Shown: positions 10,515-23,320 of the stretch, piece by piece
Layout: the number at the start of each line of letters is the position of its first letter
Position numbering within the stretch: position 1 is the first letter of the stretch
From: Octopus bimaculoides
Taxonomy: Eukaryota
Reading direction: 5' to 3'
Assembly: GCF_001194135.2 (NCBI RefSeq)
Contig: NC_068995.1
Span: forward strand, 22,511,749-22,547,172
Length of the DNA stretch: 35,424 nt
Translations under genes and position numbers: made by a program
The notes under the pieces: model-generated
Told to the model about the DNA's origin: nothing
What the model saw: the letters and a program-made list of their open reading frames with translations, nothing else
The model's database searches: none

Positions 10515-10745
10515 GACATTACAAGAATGAGCATAAGAAGAGCCATCAAGAAGAACGAAAAGGCTGCAGAGAAATCATGTTTAAAGTTCTTGCTGAAAGG
10601 AGTTAGGTGTTTAGTAGGTTATTAGCTGGATACAGGTGTAAGCTTGATAAGCCTTGCTCTGGTCACTTGCATCAAGTTGCATGCTGTAAGATTTGAAACA
10701 CCTTGTTAGTGTAGGATAGAAGAGTAACAATGTGACAAGAACTAT
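10515..10745 (+). mobile_element. Hero/NeSL-like non-LTR retrotransposon 3' end
   Basis: DITRMSIRRAIKKNEKAAEKSCLKFLLKG resembles the Hero C-terminus (GITG..RRAI.N..EAAEKASRWLWLKR). The following sequence (GCTGGATACAGG...TGAAACACC...TGTGACAAG) resembles a Hero 3' UTR as recalled. Confidence 0.45.
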
Positions 10746-12225
10746 AAAAGTACATATGAACATATGCCAATTTACATATTTACACACACACACATATACG
10801 CAGTACTGTGTTTATATAATCATATAAAATACTTGTGTATTTTTGAAATGACACACCTATAATTAGTTAGGAGAGAGGAGCAGTTGTTTCATTAGAGTTT
10901 CTTACCTCTGTACTGTTTATGGTTGACCCTTGAGAAAATATTGCGATGGCCTACATTGTACCATATTCTATTTTCGACAATCAGATTGTACCTGATGCCT
11001 TGGTGATAACTTTTTATCATTCTTTTTAATTCTATTTCTTAGATAGTTTTCTATTTTTACAATGATTTACAATTTGTATTTACTGTCTCTTATATATTCT
11101 TTCTTTCTTTGTCTATTTCTGTACATTATCCTTTCTTCCCATTATTTCTTTCTTCGTTTGCATTTCCTCTCTCCCCATTTAAAGTCACTGGGAATCAATA
11201 AATCAAACTCGTCAGTTAGTAGGACATTTTGTGCTATTTCATACTGTTGCATTGTTGCATATTTTTCAGGCTCATAGCTGAAATATGTGTTTGCACAGTG
11301 CGCATCAACCCACATTCTTCACAACCACACGCACATACACAATATAGACATATATTCGAGAGAGCGCACATGTGAGTAAGTGTGTGTGAATCAATGTGTA
11401 TCTCTGTTTAAGTGCTCGTGACTGAGGGAATGAATGATTGTGGTTTTGAACATTTATTTACAACAGAAACGGATGTCTGTGTGCGAGGAAGACATTTTAT
11501 ATAAATGCTTTCTCCCACTATTATCGTTTCATTTTCTTGCCCTAAATATTTGCGTATTTAACCATATCATGCTATCTGTCGAGCACATATAATTCATTTT
11601 TGTTCCAGCAATCAAGTTTGCTTTACAACATGGTTGTACTAAGTCAAGTAATATTGTATGTAGCACAGACGAAAATCTTTAGAAAGTTGAAGTGTACGCA
11701 TTCGTGCTTATTAATTCTCCAGTAATTTACATTTTGCGTTGTTTCTGTCGTATATTATTACACGTAAATGGTAGATGTGCACTATTCTGATCAAAATATT
11801 TAGGCTATACTACGGACACTTTACAAAATGTTTTAGAGTAGCGCTTTTCACAATATTTTTAGACTGAACATTATTACATAATAATTTCACAAAAGAAAGG
11901 TTAATAATGTTTTTACATACTTCATCGATAAATTTCGATCGCACTCCGGGCGGTTTTCAGCTACCAACTCGATAATATTTTCACATTTGATTCCCAATTC
12001 TAATAATTTTTACAATATTTTACGTCTAATCTTCTTTTTGTATAATAGTGCTCACTTGCTTAGAAAATATTGTTTTCATCATTTTATCACCGTCATAATC
12101 TCAATTATTTAAACAGACATCACGGTAGTCCAACAAAATGTGGAGGGAGCAGTTTGTCAAGTTTTACCTTCCCCTCAAAGCAACATAGAGGTTTCACTTC
12201 AACAGCCCATCTGTAAGCTTTGTAG

Positions 12226-12226
12226 C

Positions 12227-12258
<32 letters not shown>

Positions 12259-12275
12259 CAGAGAGAGGGAGAGAG
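12226..12275. repeat. (TG)n(AG)n microsatellite
   Basis: Read directly. Confidence 0.95.
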
Positions 12276-14244
12276 AACGTCGCAAACAATGAATGAAATA
12301 AACATGAAATGAAAAAAACAAATCGTGTAAATATAAGGGCATTACTACAGATGCATAAGCCTAGGGTTTTATTGCCTCATACCATCCAGAAAAAGGGATA
12401 CTTATTACCAAAATATTCTACAAATATCGCTTAGATATTGTGGCTTCAGAGTATGGAAAACATTTTTCCGAGAGGTGGAGAGAGGAGCTTTGGAAAATTC
12501 ACGTGATCCGACTTTTTCCCTCATAACTTTCAAGAAATTGAATATCTTTTAATGAAAGTTTACACAAATCCCTTTCAAATGGCATAGATTACGATTATAA
12601 ACAAATTTGTGGGGACAATTTTGTTCGAGAGGTTTGGGTGAGGAGTTTCATTAAAACGGAGTTTTGGATCAGGAAGACCAAATAATTTAGAACTGCTCTG
12701 TTTTGACGGGGATTCAACCAATTTTCTTTAAACCACAACCTTCCAAATGATGGGGTTGGTGGGTGGTCATGTTTGTATGAAAAGAGGTTTTTAAAAAAAT
12801 TTTACAACTCCCTCTTCCTTCATCATCCTACTTCGGACCTATTTTTGGTAAAAAGAAAATGTTAATATATTCAGAGGGAAAAATGAGTGATTAAAAAATT
12901 TGACTGTTGTTTCTTGCACATCCAGAGACAACTTTCCTTGTTTCTTTATCAGTCTCGAATGTATTGATGTTTCTCAGTATTTTCCCCCATAAATACATTT
13001 ATATGCTATAAAAAAGAAAATTTGAGAAATTATGATTTTTTTTTTGTGCAACCCCACTACCTGCCCGCGGATGTTTCTGTTTAGAAATCAAAATATTGGA
13101 GAGCCTGAGAAGGTCATTGCTGGCATTTATCCGCAATGATTGAAAAACAGAGTTGCGTAAAGGATAATTCATTTTAATAGCATTAAAATGTTAGAAAATG
13201 ATTTTTCTTACAAACACACATGGCTTCGCTTGATTGAGGTTGGGATAAAAAATTAGTTTAAATTTATTTTGTTGCTTATATTCCACCAACAGACCACGCG
13301 TGTGATACTTCGGCATCGTCGTTCCATAAAATGTGTTTTAACGGAAGAAAAATATTGAAAAAACATCAGTACATGCGAGAACGAAATCGGAGGTTGGTTT
13401 GTGTTGTGCTAGAAACAGCGGTGAAACCTCCCGTGAATTGTTTACATTTTTCTCTAAAAATATTCACCATTTATTATTTTTTTTTTTTAGCGAAAAGGCT
13501 CCTCCTGTGGGGTTTAAGTTAACAAAACGAAATGGTCAAAATCACTCTGGATATGGCGTTTCAAATAGCGATAACAACAAAATCACTTCTTAAATCTTTT
13601 TACAAAAATTATTTCGGTATATTAAAAAATTTTCATACAATAAATAATGTTCTTTCATTACATATATTTATAGAATAAACTGTCAGTTTTCCAAAGAGCA
13701 AAATAAAACTGGAAAGGAAAACATTGAAATAGAAAGTGGGAGAGCTTGCAAATGAAAACGGAGTTCTCTACAGTTAATGCAACGAATATTTAAATCTGTG
13801 AAAAATCGAAGTTCAAAAATTCAATAAAGTTCAAAAATCAAAATTATAGGAAATTTCTTGGAACTTGAATTTATAAAAAAATTCCAGACGGTCAAGCCTT
13901 TAATAATTGCTTTCTTTTAGTATTTTAATAACTGTTACATATCTAATTCATAAGCAGCTTTCACGATTATGATATAGTTGCTGTGCTGTCATACTTGCAT
14001 ATATACATATTCTGCGTATGCGTATATTCCCTTCTCACTTTCGTTTTGGTCAACTTGTGTTCAATGTTGCTTAACTGAGGAGATCTGATAATATCGAGAC
14101 ATACCCAACATTTTCGCAACGTTAGTCAAATTTCAAATGTTTTATTTTCAATTTTAATTAATTGGAACTTTGTTACGTGAATTAGTATCTGCCTTTTAGA
14201 GGCGTATGGCCATTGCTTCTCTCATCTTATATAAAGATTTGTGA

Positions 14245-14283
<39 letters not shown>
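14245..14283. repeat. (TG)n microsatellite
   Basis: Read directly. Confidence 0.95.
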
Positions 14284-15583
14284 TGCTTACGTTACTAAAA
14301 TGCGATCCCATATGTCCATAGTGACGTTTTTTTTTGTCTTTTAGGAGAACATTTAAAAAGATAGCGTTGAGTGTTGACATGAAATATAATTCATGCATCT
14401 GCACAGAAATTAAATTCAGCATTACTGCTTTGCATCTATCTCGTGAATTTATTTAGGCTAATTAAATATTTTTAAGCTAAAGGCGTTGATTCAATTAACT
14501 ATAAATATGTCAGTAAAGTTGACTTTCTCTAAGAAAATATGAGCGACGACTGTAATTCTGAATGATAAGCTTTAATTTGTTTACTGCTATTACTCTGGAA
14601 GAATTTAAAACGAATCACTATTTATTGTGTAAATTTAACTGTAGAATATGAGTAAATATTAAATGTTAATATGGACACTAGTGGGTGGTGTAAGTATAGA
14701 ATGAAACATTATATTCAGGATAAAATACTAGTAAAATGAACTCACTATTTCATTATTGGTGTCTTTCGAATACTAATACAGCAGCAACATAATAAGATTT
14801 GTATTTATATTTTAATTAACGCAATTTACATGTGTAAAATCTAAAATATGCATAGGAGAACTTGTATGCGCAGGAATCAAGGGCTGTAAATTTGATTTCT
14901 GTTACCTAGGAAAATTTCATTCCCGAAATATAAGCCCGTTTCTTGTTCTAATTATTTTTTTTTTTTTGTCTTATATTTGGCCGTTTACTCTTTATTTGTA
15001 AATCCTTCCAAGATTTCATTTCTTGTTTCATGTTTTGTTTTATCCTCTTTATTTACAGCTCTTCGCATACACATAGATGTAAATTAGAAGGATTCAAACA
15101 TAATATATTATTTTCAAAACATACAGAACGTATAATTATTAATAGGTAATCCAATTAAAGCAAATGAATTTAATTAAACAGCAGAAGCTAGATTGGGATT
15201 CATAAACAATATTTCCGAAAAATGATTATTTTTCACACATGAAATTTTCTAAATTATTACAAAACATGAAAATATGTTACTTTGTTGTGTTTACTGGGAT
15301 GAATAATTTTTAATTAGGATAATACCTCCCAAGAAACAATTAATGAGTTGAACGCATAATAGAATATTTCACTAGTTAATAAAATTAATAGATGTACACC
15401 AATACATTAAACGGGAAAATGCTGGATATTTGACACTAATCACTAACAGTGATTGGGGTGAGCCTAGTTGCCTTAGAACACTCAAAACAAAATAAATGTT
15501 CCAGAGTAAAATAAAATCGACTTGCTCTCATGTTTAATATGGTGTTGAAGTTAATGTTAAATATACATGCATGCATGCATACA

Positions 15584-15617
<34 letters not shown>

Positions 15618-15957
15618 CACATATGTACATACGTCCGATGTGTTAGGAACGTGACAGATTTACTCTGCTGGTGGCGGCACTAAGTACTTTTCATGTCAAT
15701 GTCCATACGTTTGTATGTTGCCAGCATAAGGATGTTACGTAAGATTAAGAGCACGTCTATGATGAGAAAATGCCATGAAGCACGAATTTGGTATTAATTT
15801 ACTTCATCAGTTACTCATATTTTTGCGTTCAATAATCAACGATGACAAATTATAAACTCGACGTATCAAGAGGACTTGATCAAAATAATCGCATAGAAAC
15901 ATGTATAAGATTAAATAAACGAATACCAAATTCAGGCTTCGTGAGTTTTTTTAGATA

Positions 15958-16008
15958 TACATACATGCATTACATACATACATACATACATACAAACAAA
16001 CATACATG

Positions 16009-16052
<44 letters not shown>

Positions 16053-16215
16053 TACATACATACATATGTGAGGGAGTATATAAACTTATATATGTGTGTA
16101 TGTATGTAGGTGTGTATGAATGATTGTGTGTGTGTAAATATATACATATATAAACACACACACGCGTGCACACAAACATATACATACATACACATACATA
16201 CATATATACACATGT
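15958..16215. repeat. (TACA)/(TA)/(CA) low-complexity tract
   Basis: Read directly. Confidence 0.9.
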
Positions 16216-17171
16216 CAACTACATATGCCCTGTCATCCTCCGCTCCTACTGCAATGGAATCACAACCCAATTCTTAATATCCTTACCGATGCTTCTGACT
16301 CATATACCTTTATTTTTCTACCTGGATACTGGTCAGCAGTGTACAAGAATTTGTATGCCTCACTATTTCATCATTTCCCTATTTCAACATGTTTAATGGT
16401 TGAGTTATTGATCCCTGAACCAAGCAGACATTTGTTCCCTAAACATTCCAAGCTACAAAACATTCCAAGCTACTTTTCCCTGATATTTCACAGAGACGGT
16501 CCTGACGTTATGCCATGTTTAGAACGCTGAAAGTAGTGAAATTTCCGTGTTAATTCATGTTATGTAATACGTAACCAAGAAGAAACACTCCGACCTAATA
16601 TAATGTTGGAAGACCACCGCTTTCTCCTAGAGTAAGTTTTTATCTGTTTTCTGTTTTATTACATTAAAAACTGCCATTCTCAAAAGTATTCTTCACTTGC
16701 GACTATAAGCACTGCTGAGACCAATTACATTTACATCATTGATATATACAATACATGACACGGATGTCGCTCTTGTTTATAAAAGAGCCGTTAGCATTCT
16801 TCCTACTAGTAGTATTTCTTTTAAATGGAAACGCAATTATTTTTATTTTTGACTTGTATCACTTATGCGTAGAAGATGTATAATATATTTTGTTCTTTTT
16901 GCTGTATTCTGTGTGATATTCTTGATTTTCAATGTATCCTTTCAATGGGTGTTGCTAAAAATTTCGGTAATGGCTTTTAATATTTTGCTTAGACAAAGTA
17001 ATGAAAAAAATAATTAACAAAGACAAATCGCTCAAAAATTTCTTTTTCGTTGCCTGAGTTTATACCGACAGAATTCTAAATCAGCAATGTCTCTGTAAAC
17101 CAAAACATTGAAACCCTTTGCTTCGAGTAGATACTCAGATATTGGCGCGTCTAAGATGGCAGTAATTAACA

Positions 17172-17346
17172 ATAATATTTTCCATTCTAGCACATACCTG
17201 TTACTCGAATATATCAATCCCGGTGATCAATTCGTATTTAATTTTCTCAAACCTGAAAATGTGAAAGCCGAATTTGACCTCGACGGAGCTGGAATCAATG
17301 ATGCAAAATATTTTAGGATGCTCTAACGATTCTGCTACCTCACCGC
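17172..17346 (-). mobile_element. Family A SINE
   Basis: Reverse complement GCGGTGAGGTAGCAGAATCGTTAGAGCA...GAGGTCAAATTCGGCTTTCAC...TGTGCTAGAATGGAAAATATTATT. Confidence 0.8.
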
Positions 17347-17359
17347 TATAAAAAAATTT

Positions 17360-17540
17360 CTGAAATAGGCTCGCGGCCAGTAAATTTAAGTCGAGTTAGT
17401 TAAACGATACCATTGGAACCAGTACTTATCCTGTACTTTATTTTATCGTCCTCTAAGGACAAAATGAGCAAAATGTAAAGTTAACGTCAGCGAGATTTCA
17501 ACTGACAATGTAGTGAGACAGAAGAAATACCACAGTACTG
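17360..17540 (-). mobile_element. Family A SINE, diverged, head-to-tail with the copy at 17172
   Basis: Reverse complement CAGTTGAAATCTCGCTGACGTTAACTTT...GATAAAATAAAGTAC...AAATTTACTGGCC. Confidence 0.65.
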
Positions 17541-18029
17541 CCGCTCATCTTCAACATCAGTCGTTATAGGCACCAGTCAGGTAAAAAATGCTTGCCTTTC
17601 TGCGGTCAGAAAGCTCTGAAGTAATTTTCGGCTCAAAATATTTGGCATCGTGGCTCTCTTCTCTCAACTAAAAGACTCAGTTCCATTCTAGTGAACTGGA
17701 ACATAAGATAAGGTATATTTCCATTGCCTTCCCCTTTGATTTAGAATATTTCCAATGTGGTCCCAAAACAATTAACTCTTTGTTCCATTCGTTCAACGTT
17801 AAGTAGTGTCACTGACCTTCGAAGCAAAACAGGACAACAGGTACTAGATATGCAGCTCAGATAGAATTGTTTCCATCTTACGGTGCAGGACATTTGCAGT
17901 CAAAACCTTAACTAACAAGGCAATTTCCGCTTCTCTTCAATCTTCACATGGTTTTTGGCCTGTGTAAAGGGTGTTTCCTTATTGTTTAGAAAGAGTGAGA
18001 AGTATTGTGTTGATTTTGCTGACCTCCGA

Positions 18030-19420
18030 TAAAAATTCTATCTGCCCATAGCTGTCCGCACGATTTAATATACTCTGACTGGATACAGGTGTCTGACTAC
18101 TTTGAATTTTATTGGGAGATTGATAAAGAACTGGAATACAGAGGTAACATCATGAGGAGAATTTTTGGCGAAGGTTACCATCAGGAAAGGGAGTATTTCA
18201 GGTGCATAGTTTGTCACCATTGCCATTTTGAATTTGAATGATTCCCCTCACATATATTACTGAGAGTGGTATCAAGGTACATCTTGACAAGTGTAGTAAA
18301 GAGGAATCACGTGTTGTATATGAATGATTTGAAGATCTTCAGTAAGGGAAATCGTAAAGTAAATGGTTTGTTTTCAACTGCTATCCAGCAAGCATATCGG
18401 AACGGAATTTATGATTAATATGTCTGGTTGGTTTCTCATAAAAATGATGGTGTCCAACGGCGTGAGAATTATGGATGTTCAGGTGGGTGGATACAAGTAT
18501 ATGGGAATTCTTCTGAGTACGACAAAATTAGGGAGCCTGAAATGAGGGAAAGATAACGGCAAGAATACCCCAGGAGTACCAATTTAATTATGAAAAGTAG
18601 ACACAATGGAAAGAGCAAGATCAAAATAATGAGCTGTCTCTTCAATGTGATCTGATGCAGGTATCGTAAAGGGACGAAAATCGAGCGTGAGGAAATGCAT
18701 AGAAAAACTAGGAAAATGACGACAATAAAGAAGGTATGACACCCTAAAAGTGACGTCAATAGATTGTGAATGTCCAGAAACAAGGCTGGCTCATAGGATG
18801 CAAGGTATGTGTGATTATGAGAATAAAAGTCTGAGATGGGACGCCAAACAGAAGATTGAACCTTTTGTTGTCGCTGTTAGAAGTATCAATACGACACCTA
18901 GTGAAAATATGATATCCCGAAAAGTATTTAAAAAAACAAGATGGAGAGTGAACGGGAGAGTGATAGCGATGCATTCACAATACCGCAAATAAATGAAAGA
19001 GAAAGACAAGATGTGTGGCATCAAAAATTAAGCATTCTCACATATTGTGAGTGAGTGAAGTAAATTAGCTTGAAAAGAATGCAAACGAAGGCGCGATAAC
19101 GCAGCTAGGTATGGTTTATTCATTACAGATTGTGTAAGAAGTACGGTCTTGATCGAACATTTAAAAGGTACGTCCGTAAACCAGAAGATTTCACTACTAA
19201 TAATGAGTAAAGTAACTTGTGGGATGTTACAATCCATTGTGATTCACTGATTGATGCTTGAAGACCAGACATTGTTGTAGGTTTTAAAATGATGAATGAA
19301 AACAAGATAATAGATATTGGCATACTTGGGTATGGAAGACGGATAATAAACAACTGGAAAATACTGACAATAATGAGCTATTACAAAATGGAATAGCAAG
19401 AATGTGGGCAATGAATTGCT
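18030..19420 (+). mobile_element. Degenerate R4/Dong-like non-LTR retrotransposon (reverse transcriptase, zinc-finger region, restriction-like endonuclease)
   Basis: GVFQVHSLSPLPF (~18190; cf. GIFQGDSLSPLLF), NHVLYMNDLKIF (18305; YMDD motif), GYKYMGIL, HPKSDVNRL (~18739), HIVSE*SKLA*KECKRRRDNAAR, LWDVTIHCDSLIDA*RPDIVV and IIDIG. Many stops and frameshifts. Confidence 0.9.
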
Positions 19421-19435
19421 ACTTATTTTATCAAA

Positions 19436-19571
19436 TGCTACTTATTTTATCGACTCCGAAAAGATGAATGGCAAAGTCGGCCTCAGAGGAATTTGAACTC
19501 AGAACATCAAAATGAGCGAAATGCCTTTAAGCATTTTATCCGGCGTGCTAAGGATTCTGCCAGCACTGTGC
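19436..19571 (-). mobile_element. Family A SINE, 3'-truncated
   Basis: Reverse complement GCTGGCAGAATCCTTAGCACGCCGG...GAGTTCAAATTCCTCTGAGGCCGACTTTGCCATTCATCTTTTCGGAGTCGATAAAATAAGTAG. Confidence 0.9.
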
Positions 19572-19611
19572 AATAATAAGTAGAAGTAGGACAATAAATT
19601 TCAAAATGGAC

Positions 19612-19740
19612 ATGGTGATGATGATGATGATGATGATGATGAAGATGATGATGATGATGTCGACGACGACGACGACGAGGGGGAGGTGGTGGTTTACGAC
19701 GACGGCACTGACGGTAGTGGTGGCTTCATTGATGGTGTTC
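19612..19740. repeat. (GAT)n/(GAC)n/(GGT) trinucleotide tract
   Basis: Read directly. Confidence 0.95.
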
Positions 19741-19879
19741 GTAGTGATTTATAAACCTACCATGGATATACTTGGATACTATAGTATTCTCTCCTTTTCC
19801 TTACTGAACAAATACCTGGCCAATATTTGTTAAAGACGCAGATATTCTATGCAACTGAGCCCAAATTTAAGAGTTTTAG

Positions 19880-20060
19880 ATAGATGTACAATTGCAGAGT
19901 TTTGAAGGGTGGTATTTGTCTTTTGATTTAGATATCCTCAGTTCTATACTGACAATGAAGGGAATTGGAATGTTGACCTTGGCGGCATTTGAACCAAGAA
20001 CATGAATAATCTGAAGTTATTTCATAAGATATTTTGTCTGATGCTCTAACGATTATGCAA
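19880..20060 (-). mobile_element. Family A SINE, diverged
   Basis: TGTTGACCTTGGCGGCATTTGAACC...GATGCTCTAACGATTATGC on the + strand matches the reverse complement of the family head. Confidence 0.7.
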
Positions 20061-20995
20061 AAATGTAATACTAGTTTTTCAGTCCAGGCAGTCTATCTGG
20101 TCTACATTAGTGAGAAGGAAAGAAACTTATCAGTTTTGTTTGCAAAATACTAGAGTTAATTTTGGAGGAGTTCTATGAGATTCAAATTTCGCATGACTAT
20201 TTATACACAGATTAGAAGTTTTGTTAGTTTTAAGAACACTACTGAACTTTCCAGAGATAGGAGCTAATGACAAAATGCATTTGTATTGTGTGCTATATTG
20301 TAGGGCAATGTAAGAGAATGTTAAAGATAATGAATACAGTTGATTTGGATCACTGGCACGGACAATGTTTGTATCGAATAAGAGTCGATTAAAACATTAT
20401 CTGTACATATTTGGTATTTATTTTTTCATTATAACTGAGTGTGTAAATATACGACCGAACAAAACTTTATTTCAGTTTGTTTAGTCTGAAAACTGACTTG
20501 CGTAGTAATACTGTATACGTTTTTCTCACCTTGAAATTTTATTTGAAATGTCACTTATGTCACTTATATGAATGCATGTATTTTAATTTTAGGTATAAGC
20601 TTAGATTTATATAACACGAAGATATTTCAAAGTTCATCGTCTACAAAGGGTCAAGTCTAAAACATTCCTCTCATAGATGTATTATCGTTAGTTAACAAAC
20701 ATCTGACCCTGTGTTGTAGCCTACTTTTCACAGAAATATCAGTAAACAACTGACTGGAGCGTTCCATCGTGTAACAAATAATTTATCGTTTACAAACTGT
20801 GCTTTATATTAACAGTAAAAATAAATATTGAATATTGGTACTGTCTTTCCCTATGCAAGATTTTACAACAAAATATAGCATTATTATCTCTTTGAGAATG
20901 TCTACAGAATATAAGTAGATGAGGAGTGGTCTCAAAAAATTCACGATAGATCCAAATAAAATATTAATTACAAAGATAATGATAGAACGGAAATT

Positions 20996-20997
<2 letters not shown>

Positions 20998-21059
<62 letters not shown>
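20998..21059. repeat. (TG)n microsatellite
   Basis: Read directly. Confidence 0.97.
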
Positions 21060-21062
<3 letters not shown>

Positions 21063-22694
21063 GAATCTTCAACTAATATACTCCATTGACGACTTTATAT
21101 TATAGAACAACTCTCTAAGTACAGCGGCACTCGAAATAATAATCACTCAGTTTAGGTTAAGTGAAATTTCACCTTATTTAATCCCTCGTCGCCACAAATC
21201 ATTTCCAGATTTGAATTTGTAGTGAAATGCCATTCTCTATCTGATCGCAACTTACAAATTCACGTTTTCATAATGGTTCGATAAGACAATTCATTAAATG
21301 GCAATATCGTAATGCATAATCTGGTAAACATACGCACTATTTGCAATTTGCGGCACGCTATCGAATGTGAAAATACTGAATAAATGATATCAAAACTGAA
21401 AGCGGATAGCATTTCCTAAATACTAAACTACACAGATATCCAACCATCCACAAGAACACACACATCCACACATACACCAACCAACGCACACTTGCGAAAA
21501 CACACCTACATATATACACGTATGTATACACACATATATATTGTGTATATATAAGTATATATACGCAAATACTTATATATTTATATCTATATATAATTAT
21601 ATAAAGAAAAAAAATGGAGATAACATTGATGAACAACAATCAATTTGCATCAATTAGTATTTATTAATAATTTACAGAAATACTGCACCACATCTAACAG
21701 CTGTTTCTGCTGCCAATGTTCTTTAGAATTTCCATTAAATAATTATATATACGTAAATATATACATAATTATATNNNNNNNNNNATATATAGCTTCTTGA
21801 AAATAAAATTGAGAAAGTAGAAGACCATTATTACAATGAATTTTAGCACCCTTGGGAAATTATCTATGTCGATGTAAACCAATGAGGTGTTATTTGCATC
21901 ATTTGTTTTCTTCTCATTGCCCTATACAATTTAATAACTAGCTTTTGGCCTCACGGTTGTTGCAATTCCCATATTTCGTTCTCTTCAGTTTTAAAATATA
22001 GAAATTGTTTGACTTTTAACACTTGCATTTCTCACCAGCACAAATTCAATTTAGAGGCAAATGTCCTACTTTCTATTTTCTGCTAATGATTCATTGAGAT
22101 GCATGGAATCGAATAACACTATAATATTTGAGAGAGGTGTTTGTCCCACATTGTTCTACAGCATTTAATATTCCGACTGACCAGTAGTGGAAAATTAATC
22201 GTTGAGCTAGTCAGATTACCACGAAAAACAAAATAGATTACATGTGTCTGTATGTGTGTCTGTGAAAATATAGATCCAAATAAACATATACAATTCCAAT
22301 TTTAATTCATATGGCCATGAAGTAGCCAAGTATGAATTAGTTTCCTGTCCCTTGTAAAAGATAAAATGCACGTACCAATTAAATGGCATCAGTAGTAAGA
22401 GATTCTTTTAATATAACAACAGTTGGAATATATTTTGACATGAAAGCAATACTTAGAATAAGATATTGAGAATGCATATTTCACTAACATTATTACATAT
22501 TCAAAAGCTTGTTTAAGGTTACAACTTACAACAAAGAAAATATGCTTGAAATCTGTTGAAAATCAGAAATTTCGTACATATTTGAATGTACGGAAAGTGG
22601 AAGGAAATGGAGGTATATGAAGGGGGACTGTTCTAAATTAGGTGTAACTTCAATGAAGAAAGAAGACAAATAATGATTTCTAATCTGAATACAG

Positions 22695-22845
22695 ATACAG
22701 TAATTTTTGAGATGGTGTTAGTCGATCACTTCGACATAAGCAGTAAGATGGTATCCTATCTTATCTGAAATATAAGTTGACTCCAGTGAGAGAATTTGAA
22801 AGAGGGATCAATTGCGCACTAGTGATTGTGTGGCTCGACACCTTA
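22695..22845 (-). mobile_element. Family A SINE, strongly diverged
   Basis: CAGTAATTTTTGAG...TTAGTCGATCACTTCGAC...AAGTTGACTCC...GAATTTGAA on the + strand. Confidence 0.5.
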
Positions 22846-22852
22846 ATAAGAT

Positions 22853-22896
<44 letters not shown>

Positions 22897-22906
22897 NNNN
22901 NNNNNN

Positions 22907-22947
<41 letters not shown>
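22853..22947. repeat. (AAT)n microsatellite with a 10-N gap
   Basis: Read directly. Confidence 0.97.
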
Positions 22948-22989
22948 TAAAAAAAATGATTAAAAAATCCATTCGGGTTTTCGATATCT

Positions 22990-23320
22990 ATAAAACATAT
23001 TTTTGGACGATGGTGGTTGCCCTTTTAGGTTTACACTAAAAATCAACGTTAAAAGATTCTATGGGCTAAATCTCCAAGATTTTCCAGTCGATTTTAAAAA
23101 GACGGGTATCATTTTCTTTCAACTGCCAGGCATGTTTATGGAGGCTCGTTGCTGTCCTATTTTCAGTGTAAAGAAATGAATTCCGATGGGAATATAGTCT
23201 TGTCTTGAAGGAATTTACCGTGACCACTATAAATGTCTTGTATGTTTGTGAGCCATCTATTCACGTTGTGCTGGTTAATAAAGGAGGCAAATCTCTTGCA
23301 ACATGAATAGCTAACCTTCA
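22990..23320 (-). mobile_element. Second Penelope-like GIY-YIG endonuclease remnant, different lineage from 4260-5170
   Basis: Open frame 23239->23069, KTFIVVTVNSFKTRLYSHRNSFLYTENRTATSLHKHAWQLKENDTRLFKIDWKILEI*, matches the PLE type YIG.T.N.FK.RY..H..SF...T.LSK..W.LK...I.WKIL. A weak ICL.YNQH motif lies upstream. Confidence 0.8.

Noticed and set aside
12330-13050. Stretch that reads like an unclassified DNA-type or Helitron-like repeat
   Set aside because: I could not identify terminal inverted repeats, TC/CTAG ends or coding motifs.
10899-16631. Candidate exons from splice-like signals (minus ~10900-10985; plus 11270-11368, from 13491, from 15059, ending 15940, 16494-16631)
   Set aside because: Frames have stops or give no recognisable peptide and do not chain into a gene; such signals are common in AT-rich DNA.
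3183-19420. Idea that the R4 tail (minus, 3.2-3.5 kb) and R4 body (plus, 18-19.4 kb) are one element split by a SINE-mediated 16-kb inversion
   Set aside because: The geometry fits, but the two pieces overlap by ~35 codons in the endonuclease with different sequences (CLVIEPSCPFD versus KIIDIGILG), so they are separate copies.
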